Shown: in pieces, positions 53,344 to 64,000 of the stretch | Numbering within the stretch: the first letter of the stretch is position 1 | How the letters are laid out: the number at the start of each line of letters is the position of its first letter | NCBI GenBank assembly: GCA_904063045.1 | Contig: CAJFCJ010000012.1 | Location: 1,364,001-1,428,000 of the forward strand | Source of the DNA: Dimorphilus gyrociliatus | Taxonomy: Eukaryota; Animalia; Annelida | Direction: 5' to 3' | DNA: 64,000 bases | The notes under the pieces: model-generated | Told to the model about the DNA's origin: nothing | Database searches by the model: none | What the model saw: the letters and a program-made list of their open reading frames with translations, nothing else | Program-made: the position numbers and the translations under genes

Positions 53344-54310
53344 ATGAAAGATCTATGTAGTCTAGAAATTTTATAAATATAGCAATATGGTTTTGGTACA
53401 CGCTTCCCAGATTTATTAGACTATACAGCGGCTATAATTATAGAATTTTCACTCAAAGATGAATCATATAACCGTAAGGTTCGCAGTGAATCTGGTCTAG
53501 CTAAGAACGGTGTGGAACATGATTTACTATTTTGTATTACTCACACGAAAAATTTACAAGTCATTAGAGATAACGCAACTTTTGACTTTATCGCTATCTT
53601 TAAAGAGGAAGTAGCATTAGTTTAAATATATGAAATATTCTTTTTGATAAGCGATTTTTGATATTAACTCTGAAACGTTATGTTGACCTGTGTACATTTT
53701 ATTATTAACTTCCTAGTAGTTGTTAATGTGTTTAATTATAATTTAATTATCTAAAAGAAACATAAAACATACAGAATTAGAAAAATAATTCCTTTTTTGT
53801 ATTTATTATTTGAAATATAATGATTAATTTAAATTTTTTCTAAAGCAAAAATTTGTAAGTATATATAGTTATCCAACCCGTAGAAAGCTTCTTATTTCTT
53901 TAACCTCAGAACAAAAATGTAATGTATTAATCAGTCTAACACAAAAACTATCTGAATAATTAAATATCAAATTTCAAAAGTATATCTTATTTTTTTATTA
54001 TAGAATCCTCTTTCAATTTTAATAAAGCTTAATGATGCTGCCGCTATAGACAGAAGAGTAAAAAAGAGAGTTGTATAAAACAAGCTCAAGACATCCCCTT
54101 TCGTTATTTAATGTTTAGTTAATCTTAATACGTACACATTGATATTACCAACAAAAACGTAAAACCTAACTTGAAAAGAGATATTATTATACGTCAGCTG
54201 ACCGGTGTTTCTATTATCCTTCATTAACAAAGGCGCCAATAGTTAAGAGATATTTTATTGAATTTTATCGTTCAATTACAGTTTTACTTCAAAAATATAG
54301 AAAATTGTAA
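53344..54310 (+). CDS. Candidate small spliced gene missed by the ORF track, weakly resembling RNase P/MRP subunit RPP30
   Basis: In-frame GT-AG chain: 53344-53356, 53411-53610, 53652-53689, 53869-53923, 54004 onward. Peptides FDFIAIFKEERFLILTLKRYVDL and AAIDRRV, plus a downstream frame YYPSLTKAPIVKRYFI (54179-54310), echo RPP30 motifs as I remember them. The 3' splicing is ambiguous. Confidence 0.4.
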
Positions 54311-54314
54311 CAGT

Positions 54315-54742
54315 ATGGAAAAGGATAAAGTTAACCAGTAATACTTTATTATTATATTTTGCTTATTTGGCATTAGTTTTCTAAATTTGCTACAAATATA
54401 TTATATTATCGCTCATATATATCGTTTGTGTCATATTAGAGAATCGATCGAAGCTGCTGAGAATATACTTGTTAAAGTTCTAAAGTACTCGTTAACTATT
54501 CTTGGATTGCCCGTATTTTCGTTTTTTGCTTTACAATTTATATTTGAAAGTAAAGTATCAATATCAAACTGTTATCTTACATATTTCATAATATTTTAAA
54601 CAACACAGGTTTATGCAAATTTAGTCAATCCGATAGCTACTTCTACTCAGCAATCGTTGCCGTTGTTATCATTCACATTATCCTCATAATGCTCATTTTT
54701 GAAGCAGCAAAGGTCGAAAAGAAACCACAGAAGTCTGATTAA
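54315..54742 (+). CDS. VMA21: V-ATPase assembly factor VMA21 (3 exons)
   Basis: MEKDKVNQ|ESIEAAENILVKVLKYSLTILGLPVFSFFALQFIFE|SLCKFSQSDSYFYSAIVAVVIIHIILIMLIF...PQKSD*; two TM helices, the SYFY(S/A)AIVAVV motif and a C-terminal Lys-based retrieval-like end. Confidence 0.88.
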
Positions 54743-54930
54743 TAAAACATATCTATATGTATTACAGTGTGATAAAATTGATATGTAAAATTTGCTCTTT
54801 AGTGGTTATTTCTTATCATAATTATCAGTTGAGTTCTTATCTACTCTAAAAAAAATTTTTTATGAAATATATACCATCCTCTACACAGAGATCGTGAAGC
54901 GCAAAGCTTAAACACTTGAAATTTATTGCG

Positions 54931-55920
54931 ATGAAGTGTTCTGTGTGTAACGGAACATGTAAAAATCCCTTCGAATTCAGCTGCTTACATAGAATTTGCA
55001 GAGATTGTTTGAAACCTGATTATAAATTTGAAAAGAAGCAAAAATGTTATATTTGCTTACGGAAATCAACGCGTAATTTTTACGTAGATATTCCAGAGCG
55101 GAAATGTTCTACTGATAATCACATAGAAGAAGTTATTCTACAATGCGAGACTTGCAACAATACAACAGTTTGTCCAAAATGCTTAATGGACCATAGCAAG
55201 GGTCATAAATTAGTTGTAAAGCCTCAAATTATACCAAGGAATAATATTAAATATACTGAAAGAGATGAAAAGAAACGCCTGTTAGATAGGCTCAATGATT
55301 TAACAGAAGCAATAAAAAGAAGTAGGGATTATACAAAGACTACAATCGATAATAGATGTAAAGAAGCTTTTTCTGAGATAGAAGAAAGACAACGAGAAAT
55401 GCATGAACATAATGAAGACAAACATAAACAACTACTTTCAAAAATTTGTGAGTACATTGGCGAAATTCCGCTACTTCACTCTGGTGATGACGCTTTAAGC
55501 GAAAGGGAAAATGAAGTTAAGGATATAGAATATGGATTTAGGAAAGCAGACTCTGAAAGCTTATTTTACTTCTTAAAAAGTTCTGCTATCCCGAACGTGA
55601 ATGATTTGGCTTTAAATGAACATTTTAAATGTTTCTTCGAAGATGAATATATAACAGTAAATGAAGTCGCCGCGGAAGAGACACAGCAAAGAGCATATGA
55701 ATGCCCCGAGTTACCTCCAAAAACGAAGAAAAAACCAGAAAAGTGGAGTTTTTCTAAATTACTAACAAGAAAGAGTTCTGATAAACAAAATACCTTAATT
55801 GAAAAGAGTCAATTAAATGATAGTCCTAGCGTGCATCAAAATATTGTACACGAATTACAACAAAAACATTCGCAGAATGAAGCATGTGATATCCCAATTT
55901 TGCCTCCGAGAAAATCCTAA
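54931..55920 (+). CDS. Intronless RING/B-box/coiled-coil (TRIM-like) protein without a recognisable C-terminal domain
   Basis: CSVC...CLH..CRDC...CYIC RING; C-x4-H...CETC...CPKC...H..H B-box; helical coiled-coil region; Pro-rich tail. Confidence 0.8.
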   Translation: MKCSVCNGTCKNPFEFSCLHRICRDCLKPDYKFEKKQKCYICLRKSTRNFYVDIPERKCSTDNHIEEVILQCETCNNTTVCPKCLMDHSKGHKLVVKPQIIPRNNIKYTERDEKKRLLDRLNDLTEAIKRSRDYTKTTIDNRCKEAFSEIEERQREMHEHNEDKHKQLLSKICEYIGEIPLLHSGDDALSERENEVKDIEYGFRKADSESLFYFLKSSAIPNVNDLALNEHFKCFFEDEYITVNEVAAEETQQRAYECPELPPKTKKKPEKWSFSKLLTRKSSDKQNTLIEKSQLNDSPSVHQNIVHELQQKHSQNEACDIPILPPRKS

Positions 55921-56415
55921 AAGAGAAAAAAAGTAGAAAATTCCGACATTTTATCTTTGTAAAGTAATAATATTTGAAGATAACGTCATAAACTTTTATA
56001 CAGCTAAATCAAGTATAGAATATCTATTAATTGTTTTAGTAAAAGTATTCTGCCCAAGTATATTGTGATCCGTTACGTTGTGTTTATCTTTGAAAGCAAA
56101 CAACTACGTTCTTTTATATACAATCCATTACATGTTTATGCAAATAAATTAGTGAATATCATAGTAGATGCCGACTTGAATTTCTTTTAAGCTTACTAAA
56201 CGAGTTTACACTTGTAACCTTTCAAATTCAAGTTTTCCCTCTTAACCTCCCTGGATTTTTTAAATTGGACACTGCTTTAAAACACTGGAATACAAACTTT
56301 GTCCTCATTCTGGATCAATAAACATTACAATATATATACAGTACTACTATTTACCTATATAACCGTAACGGGTACTATATCTTGCAAATCAAATTGTTGA
56401 GAGTCTCGATGAAAA

Positions 56416-57518
56416 ATGACTTGTATGAGAAAAGTTATAGATGAAATCTATGGCAAGGAAACAAAAGAAGGAGTTGGAGCCGCAGTACGTCGTAGCATCG
56501 GAGGAGGAAAGGTATAATTTACAGTGTTACGTAACGATAGATCAGTATACATATAAATAACAATTGGTGTATTTTCAGTATTCAGAATTTGATCCCTTTC
56601 TTTTGCTAGATGATTTTACAGTATCCCCACCAGCCGGTTTTCCGGATCATCCCCATAGGGGATTCGAAACTGTTACTTATATGCTATCTGGTAGATTTCG
56701 GCACCAAGACTTTCTGGGTAATTCTGGCGTTATCGGTACTGGTGACATACAATGGATGACTGCCGGACGAGGTGTTGTTCATTGCGAAATGCCTGATGGT
56801 GAAAATGGAGGAAGAGGTCTTCAATTATGGGTAAACTTGTCTAGGAATCAAAAACTCTGTGATTCAGAATATCAAGATATTTCTCACAAAGACCTTCCGA
56901 TTGCTGAAAAAGACGGTGTTCAAGTAAGAATCATTGCGGGTGAATCGATGAATGTCAAGTCGAAAATCATTACGAAAACTCCAACGGTCTATTTAGATTT
57001 TACATTGAAGCCTGGATCGAAATTTGAGCAGGCAACTTTCAAAGGCTGGTCGACCTTTGCTTACATTCTCGATGGAATTATATCGTTCGGAGGAGACGGA
57101 GAAGAGAAGGATGTCTCTCGGCACAATACTGCAATTTTTAGTGATGGCGATAGTGTGCGATTCATCAACAAGGTTAGGATATTTCTATTCTATCCTCTTT
57201 TATCTTTCGTTTGTACACTTCACCCTTTTAAGGCTGTAAATAATACAATACTTCATTCCGCAGGGATCAGAAACAGCAAGATTCGTTTTTATAAGTGGAA
57301 AGCCCATTGGCGAGCCAGTTTGCCGAAGAGGTATGTTCAATTATAACAATGCGACAATAAATTACTATCAGATATCCATTGGATAATATCACACTAAACA
57401 TGTATGAACAGGGCCATTCGTTATGACAACTCAAGAAGAGATTGAGCAAGCTCTTTCCGATTTCAAAAACGGCGTAAATGGCTTTGAGAATGCAAGAGAA
57501 TGGAAATCAAAAGTCTAG
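56416..57518 (+). CDS. PIR: Pirin (iron-binding cupin), 4 exons
   Basis: EGVGAAVRRSIG, DPFLLLDDF, GFPDHPHRGFETVTY, WMTAGRGVVHCEMP, QLWVNL, GPFVMTTQEEIEQA. Confidence 0.96.
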
Positions 57519-60500
57519 AATATTAAGTTCGTTACTAAAATATCAATATTTCTAATAGCTTTCTATTTAAGTAAAATACTCGATTAACACTGGTAATAAA
57601 AAATAATATTGACGTGATGAATATTCATGAGAAAGGTTAATCAATTAAATAAACACAAAAAGGAGAAGAAAATTGAAAAATTATTTATATGTTTATGCAA
57701 ATTAGGAAATAGAAAAGAGAATTTTTCATCTTCCTTATTCAATGTTCTGTAAAGTTATATGATCCGTTATAGAAAGTGAATCCAAGCATAATTTTAAATT
57801 TTTCCCACAGGAATGGTAGAGCCCCGTCCTGAAACCGTTTAAACAATTCCCCAAGTTAGATGCCCCTCCTTTCTTTTTATTTCCGTATCCCCTATCTAAT
57901 CTTACAAATTATCGGGTCCGCCCTCTTCCTTTCTCTTCCGTTCCTTTTCCTTTTGATAAATTTGATAAATGGCATAATTTTACTAATGGTATTATTGATG
58001 GAATTAGGAAAACTTTTACCTACCAAGTCAACGAATCACCTTGTTAATTATATAAGAGAACGAAAATGAAATGAGAGAATAGACAAATTGTGTTAGTTTA
58101 AGGTGAGTGAAGAATATCAAAGTATTGGCAACTATATATCCGATTATCCAGAGAGAATAATAAGGAATTTACAACTGACTGGAAATAAAATCTCCGCCGG
58201 CTATCGACCCTTCAGGATGTAATATTGTATCGAAACACCATTACGTCACGCCACTCCATTAACCGGTAGTAATTACTAGCGTAATACCATCAATTTGTCG
58301 GCTATTCGTCCACTTTCGATGCGGAGATAGCGACGTTAGCGAGAAAATAATTAAGTCAACCGCGGGCCTGCCACGTTGTCCACCAGAGGGAGTTTCTCAT
58401 TCGTTAAGGCACCTGGTGGTTTTTTATTCATTTTTAACGAGCATTTTCCTTTCTATTCTTTCCTCTCCTCCCCTTTTCTTTTCGGCTTTTTTACTTTGTT
58501 ATTATAAGTTGAATCGTTTAAGCGAATATAAAAAAACAATTTCACAATCCTGCATATTTACTGTGGAACGTTCAATCAAACGTCGATTACATAGTTCTTG
58601 CGTCTGCATTAATCAAAAGTGACTTAACGCTGAAAATCTTCCTCTGACGAGACGTCGTAAGACACTTAAATCATGACTATGATGCGTGACGTGAAATGTT
58701 GTCATGCTTTTGTGACGTCGTCACTCGAGTTTTTTGTACTCGGCGCCTCTTTTACTCTTTTTTTGTCTATATTCAATTTTCCGCCGTCTTTGACGCCGAC
58801 ATTTTTCGTCAAAAACGAACGAACTGATAAAACGTCTGAGTACAGAACGAAAAAGACGCTCTTAAGGAAAAGCAATTTCTTTTCGACGCTCCTTTTCGAA
58901 TTGACAAGGCGGAATTATAAGGTGTTATTAGATATGCTCGAGCAAACAGTTATGCATTATGCATGCACTTCGTGTATTTTCCGAATGATTGACAACTGAA
59001 CGTTGACGCCGAACGTTAATGTAATTTCACATAAGCAATAACAATTTCTTTTAAAGTCGAAAACATGGGCTGCGCGCGCCTCGTAATTATGCATACAAAT
59101 CGCACGTGGCCCGCTCCACAGGTGGTCATCTGCAAATCGTGTGAACTTGGCCGCTAGGCAATCTGCCGAACTTCAATCTTTACCTTATTTAAGAAAAAAC
59201 TACATAAGAAATAAGTATAAAAAAAGGAGCTTAAAATATATACATTATGTATATTTACATTTGTATACTTACGCTTGTACCGTACGTCTTGTGTATATAC
59301 TTGTATTATAATAGTACAGTAATAGTATATGGGTGTTTAAAAGAGAAGAGGAAATAGATTTGCTTGGCTAAAGGATAGCTTGGAGGAAGACGTCGTTCCT
59401 TGCGGCGTCCTAAAGTCCCACCCAAGAAGTAGAGTCGGGGTCAACGCGAGCGTCACTCGGAAAAGTGCTTATTTCACGTTCCACCGAACAGCTTGGCGAA
59501 ATCCGATTGCGAGTTGACGAGCATTTTTTCGAGGGGAGAATGACGTGTGGTCAACGGCGGGAGCGGTAGAGAAGTCACGCAAAGCACGTCACCGCTGAAA
59601 TTCTATTGAGAGACACCACATTAAGTGTATAAGATAATTATACCTACTTCCATTTACCACTTACCTCACTCGACTCTATCCATCTCACTGCCTCTTATTC
59701 CTTTTCTATAATAAACCACCCATTCTATCAGTCAGACCATCCCCCACCCTCTCTCTCCACCCACTTTATTTTTTTTCAACCAACTGTCCCCCCTATTCTA
59801 GGAGTCAATTTTTTCTTTCTAACTCGGCTCTAAAACCCCTTACTCCTCCTCTTTCGCTTCATATTTCGTTTACGTTACACGCTATACTTTATAGGAATTT
59901 CTCTATTAGATTTAGAGAAGGTAGGAGGGGTCGAATTAAAAAAAAAGAAAAAAAGAAAGTTTTATTTTACGAAAGACGAAGCACATGTTCGAATAATAAA
60001 AAGACCGGTAGAAAAAGTGGCGCCGACGGCAAACTAGCTGGTCCTCAAAGTGTTGGCAATAAACGCCATTTGGTACCCTTTTCTTCTTCGGACAAATTCG
60101 TTTTTTATAGGCCTATTTTTTTCTTGTACGCCAGAAAAACGACATATTGCGGCGTGTATGTTTTAGAAAATATTTAAATCCCAGCCTCTTCGCATCTGTG
60201 CGTTGAAGTCTCTTACGGGGCTAGGTGCGTGGAATGTTTTTGAAGTGTTTAGGACGTCAGATGGAAGGTACTTGTAAAATAAATATTCCGAAGACAGAAC
60301 GCTTGATATATGAGGTGAATGGAATGTCATTTATATCATGAAGAGGAAAAAAAAAGAGAAAAGAGAGAAAAAGATGAACAGAAATCTGCTACTGAATACA
60401 TAATTTCTTTTTGTTATTTATTTTAATTTATATATTATGTACGCCTTACTCCGTTACCTTTTGGAGAAAAAGAACAAAGACAATTTAAGTAACGCCTGTG

Positions 60501-60795
60501 AGACGGCTAAGATGCGGCGAAGCTTTAGAAGCGTTCGAAAACACTCGCACGCGCCTATTTGGCACTCAGGAAAATTGGGTAACGTCATAAAGCAGGCGTC
60601 ACTTCCCATTTACACATTGCTCAGCTACTGGCTAAGACTTTGATGACACAGCAAAGTAACGCTCGAACGACTGCGGTCATTTTGCAGTCGACATCTTCAA
60701 AGACGGCGCGAACAGCCGTGTTTGCAATCTGCGTGTGCGGCGAGGCGTCACCGAGCGTTTCTTGCAGGACAATACGTATTCGTTCCACCGTGATT

Positions 60796-60812
60796 TGACC
60801 TTTGTCAGGTCA
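60796..60812. promoter_or_regulatory. Everted repeat of two perfect nuclear-receptor half-sites (TGACCT-N5-AGGTCA) upstream of dachshund
   Basis: tgacct ttgtc aggtca seen directly. Confidence 0.4.
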
Positions 60813-61674
60813 TACTGCAACATCGACAGAGCGCACATGTGTTTCTCTATATTAAATGCTTTCTCTTTCTTAACAATACGTTTACGGAAAAAAAACCCCG
60901 TGTGCCATTCCTTTACGTATCCTTGTCGCGTATTCTTTCTTTTTAATTATGCTACACCGCGTTTCTTTCGAAAGCCGTACGAAAAACACGTCGCTTTGTA
61001 GTAAGAGGCCGATTATGTAACAGGGTTCGTATTATTCGTAAACTTAAGCACGTTCTAAACATTTACAAGAGAGAGCGCGTTTGACCATCACGTGACCATT
61101 ACGCGATTATCGGCCAATCATCACGCAACGGTCGTTGTTTATGGGATTAGAGGACGCTAGTTTGTTGAGCGTGGAAAAGTAGAGAGGAGAGAGAGAAAAG
61201 TAAAATAAAGGGGAAAAAAAGAGCAGGGATTGAAGAGTAAAAAATATAAAGGGCGGTAGCTAGGATAAAGGAAATAGTGCGGCTTTGCTAAGAAGCTCAA
61301 GGCCTATTATAATTATTATTAATATTCATATATTTTCCATCGATCCGCCAAAGGCGTCCCGGGCGATTAATTATGGATTAATTACTTTTATGTCATAACC
61401 GTGATGAGTTTTCATTTCTCGGGCGCTATTTTGCTTCAGGGGATTTTAGGTAGAAAAGAAGGGAATAGGAGAGGGGGTGGGGGCGACAAGACGAAATAGT
61501 AAAGAGGAGGAGAATAGGCAAGGGTGTTAGCGAAATCCCCATAAATAGAAAGCGATGTAATTAGAATGCACGGGCGGCGCGAAAATTTATTACGGAGTAT
61601 TTAACTAGTTGCTAGAGCGTGTAAGCGCGGCCGAAAGGGGTGGCGCAATCGCAATAGAAACGGCATGATAAAAC

Positions 61675-61709
61675 AGCCAATCACCAACGACGCCGTTTTC
61701 TGATTGGTT
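61675..61709. promoter_or_regulatory. Inverted pair of CCAAT (NF-Y) boxes just upstream of the dachshund coding exon
   Basis: AGCCAATCA (61675-61683) and TGATTGGTT (61701-61709), ~60-90 nt before the ATG. Confidence 0.5.
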
Positions 61710-61766
61710 GAGATATTTCCGTTGTGAATGTTCTATTTCTATGTCTATCTGTCTCTCGCAGTCGAC

Positions 61767-62257
61767 ATGGACTTGTCTACTAGATCTTCTCCTCTTGTTT
61801 TACCACCGATTCTTGTTCCAAGTACGACAACACCTATGATGAGCTCTTCCTACAAGACGTCTGACAAGATTTATTCATCTCCGACACCTCCGAATGCTGG
61901 TACCACATCTTCAGTTAGCTCGAGCGGAACTGTCACTCTTACAGCCGCCAATACGCCAGATAACAACATCTGCAGAACGATATCTTACAGAGGAGCGCGT
62001 GTTGCTTCTTTCACAGTTGACGGTCGGGAATTGATTTGCCTTCCACAGGCCTTCGAACTCTTCCTCAAGCACTTGGTGGGCGGACTACACACAGTCTATA
62101 CGAAATTGAAGCGTCTCAATGTCATTCCAGTGGTTTGTAATGTCGAACAAGTAAGAACGCTCCGCGGCCTAGGCGCGATTCAACCGGGCGTCAACAGGTG
62201 CAAACTGATCGCGCCCAGAGAGTTCGACGTTTTGTACGAAGATTGTACGAGTTCAAG
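61767..62257 (+). CDS. DACH: Dachshund, first coding exon (DACH-box N / Ski-Sno domain); the gene continues beyond the window
   Basis: CRTISYRGARVASFTVDGRELICLPQAFELFLKHLVGGLHTVYTKLKRLNVIPVVCNVEQVRTLRGLGAIQPGVNRCKLI; Ser/Thr/Pro-rich N-terminus; no RPGRPPKR exon found downstream in the window. Confidence 0.95.
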
Positions 62258-64000
62258 GCTAGTATTCAAATTGTAGCATTTGCGAACGACAAACAAAGCG
62301 CGGTTTTGTTTGTCGAGTATAGAATTCGTGTAAATTTTTAATTAGAATCACTCGAATAATTGCTCTCTATTTATCTTCTACGATTCTCTGTCAATACGCG
62401 AACGTCGTTGTTTGCGCTCCTAATCCCTGCTATATATGAGAAGATTATAGATAAGATAAGGCATAGAAAAGGGAAAGCATTTAGAGACTAGGCAAATGTG
62501 ACAAACACGTGTTTCCAGTTATGTAAACGACTGAATATATTTTAGCATTTAAAAGCATTTTATAATATATATCGTGTGAGCGCAAGACGCGATGCCAATT
62601 CGAAAGTATTAGGATACGTACTTGGGGGAACCTTTCTCCGTTTAAAAACGTGCCCTGACCCTTTATAAACTAACCATCGTTAATACCCTCTTACGTCGCG
62701 TGATTCAGTCGGTCTTCTTTCATATTGTCATATCGGTCCATTTGTTCGGCGAATTCGAAGAATATTAAATTTCAGTAGCAGATACAATTTAGATATATAA
62801 AAATTTCCTTTTTAGCCCTTTAAACCCTATCCCACTTATGTTCTTCCTTTCATATAATTTATTTAATCCTATTATTATTTATTTTACTTGTGTAAACATA
62901 ACCCTTATTATCTATTATATAGGTTATATATAGAATATATACTGTATATATGTATATATACATATACATATATATATATTTAAGTAAAAGTACTTTTTAG
63001 GTTTGCGTATCCTAATATCAAAGTGATATAAATGTAATTACACTGTAATATAATGGCCTATTTATATACTGTATATATAAATATTACATATATGCTATAT
63101 TATATAGTATATATGTTTATATATATATGCATACTTTTCATATTTACATAAAAAATTTCTCTTTCTATTTGAGCTTTAAAGCTTATTCAAGAGGCGTAAA
63201 TGGAAGATTAGAGAGGCATAGGATATACTCGAGCGAGTATAAACTAGATTGATGAATAACGTCTAATTACACAAACAACACGTTCGCCTGTACATGTATA
63301 AAGTTGAATACATTTATATTAATATATTAATGTATTAACAGTTACTAAATTAGGAATAGAAAAGAAGCTACTTAGGCGGGAGGGAAAAGAGAGCAAATGA
63401 CTTTATATATCTCCGTTGCCGAGATTAATTTGTTTTGCTGTTTAGGGAAATTTTTTTGTTGTTCTCTTTCGTTGTTTCCGTAGATTTATGTGCACGTGTT
63501 ACTTGGATGGAAATATGTAGAAATTGGCAAAATGTCGGTAACCTTTCACCTTCATACTTTACTTGAATAACGACCTGTGCCAATCGTTTTCGAATTTGGC
63601 GTAAAACGCGCGAATCGCCGGTCGAAGATAAATGGACAATGGTCAAGGAGGCTTTCACTGCTATATATACACGAAAACGGTTTTGTTATAAATCGTCGTA
63701 CATCTGTCGAATTTTTTTTTGAAAGTGAAGATCGTATTTTAAAGGGTCTGCACCTGAGGGGTGTCTATATACCAGATAAACGTCGGCATTGGATAAAAGG
63801 GTTTTGTTTTTATTATCAGTCTTCTCTCCGCAACTCTTCATAGAGTCTACTTAATAGATTATATATATGAGATAGAATAGTCACAAATGAAAGTTTATTT
63901 TTTAAGACTCCTCCCATTTTTTAATAACCGATAAAAACTGAAAATAATTAGGAGCGTCTCTTTGATGATGCAATGCGGTTTTCACCACCTGCGAGTTTAC

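Noticed and set aside
57860-61001. ORFs of 68-108 aa upstream of dachshund (57860, 58416, 58673, 60437, 60735)
   Set aside because: Low-complexity or Phe/Leu-rich translations of regulatory DNA with no domain or exon chain.
63425-63843. Overlapping opposite-strand ORFs in the dachshund intron
   Set aside because: No motif and no RPGRPPKR continuation of DACH; treated as intronic.
1-64000. tRNA, snRNA, rRNA, miRNA hairpins, CRISPR arrays, transposons
   Set aside because: Visual scan found no cloverleaf or T-loop context, no known snRNA or miRNA sequence, no spaced direct repeats and no transposase or RT motifs. An Infernal/Rfam and RepeatModeler run would be needed to be sure.

Overview
AT-rich eukaryotic (animal, probably lophotrochozoan) genomic DNA that is very gene-dense, with mostly ~40-90 nt GT-AG introns. 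The style suggests a compact annelid genome such as Dimorphilus gyrociliatus (inference). I reconstructed about 20 spliced genes by hand. In order: an NRPS-like A-T-R-SDR enzyme of the glycine-betaine reductase (ATRR) type that runs off the left edge, an SLC9A Na+/H+ exchanger, FCHSD/nervous wreck, an orphan single-pass membrane protein, three tandem sigma-class GSTs (two lack the catalytic Tyr), torsin, ELOVL, a C2H2 zinc-finger gene, OTUB1, soluble adenylyl cyclase ADCY10, an NR5 nuclear receptor, an SLC16 transporter, UBAP1, a possible divergent RPP30-like gene, VMA21, an intronless RING/B-box gene, pirin, and the first coding exon of dachshund. The main finding is the intron-containing animal ATRR-type enzyme, which would imply a betaine-to-choline reductive route. 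No tRNA, rRNA, CRISPR array or recognisable transposon was seen. Exon boundaries are manual predictions.
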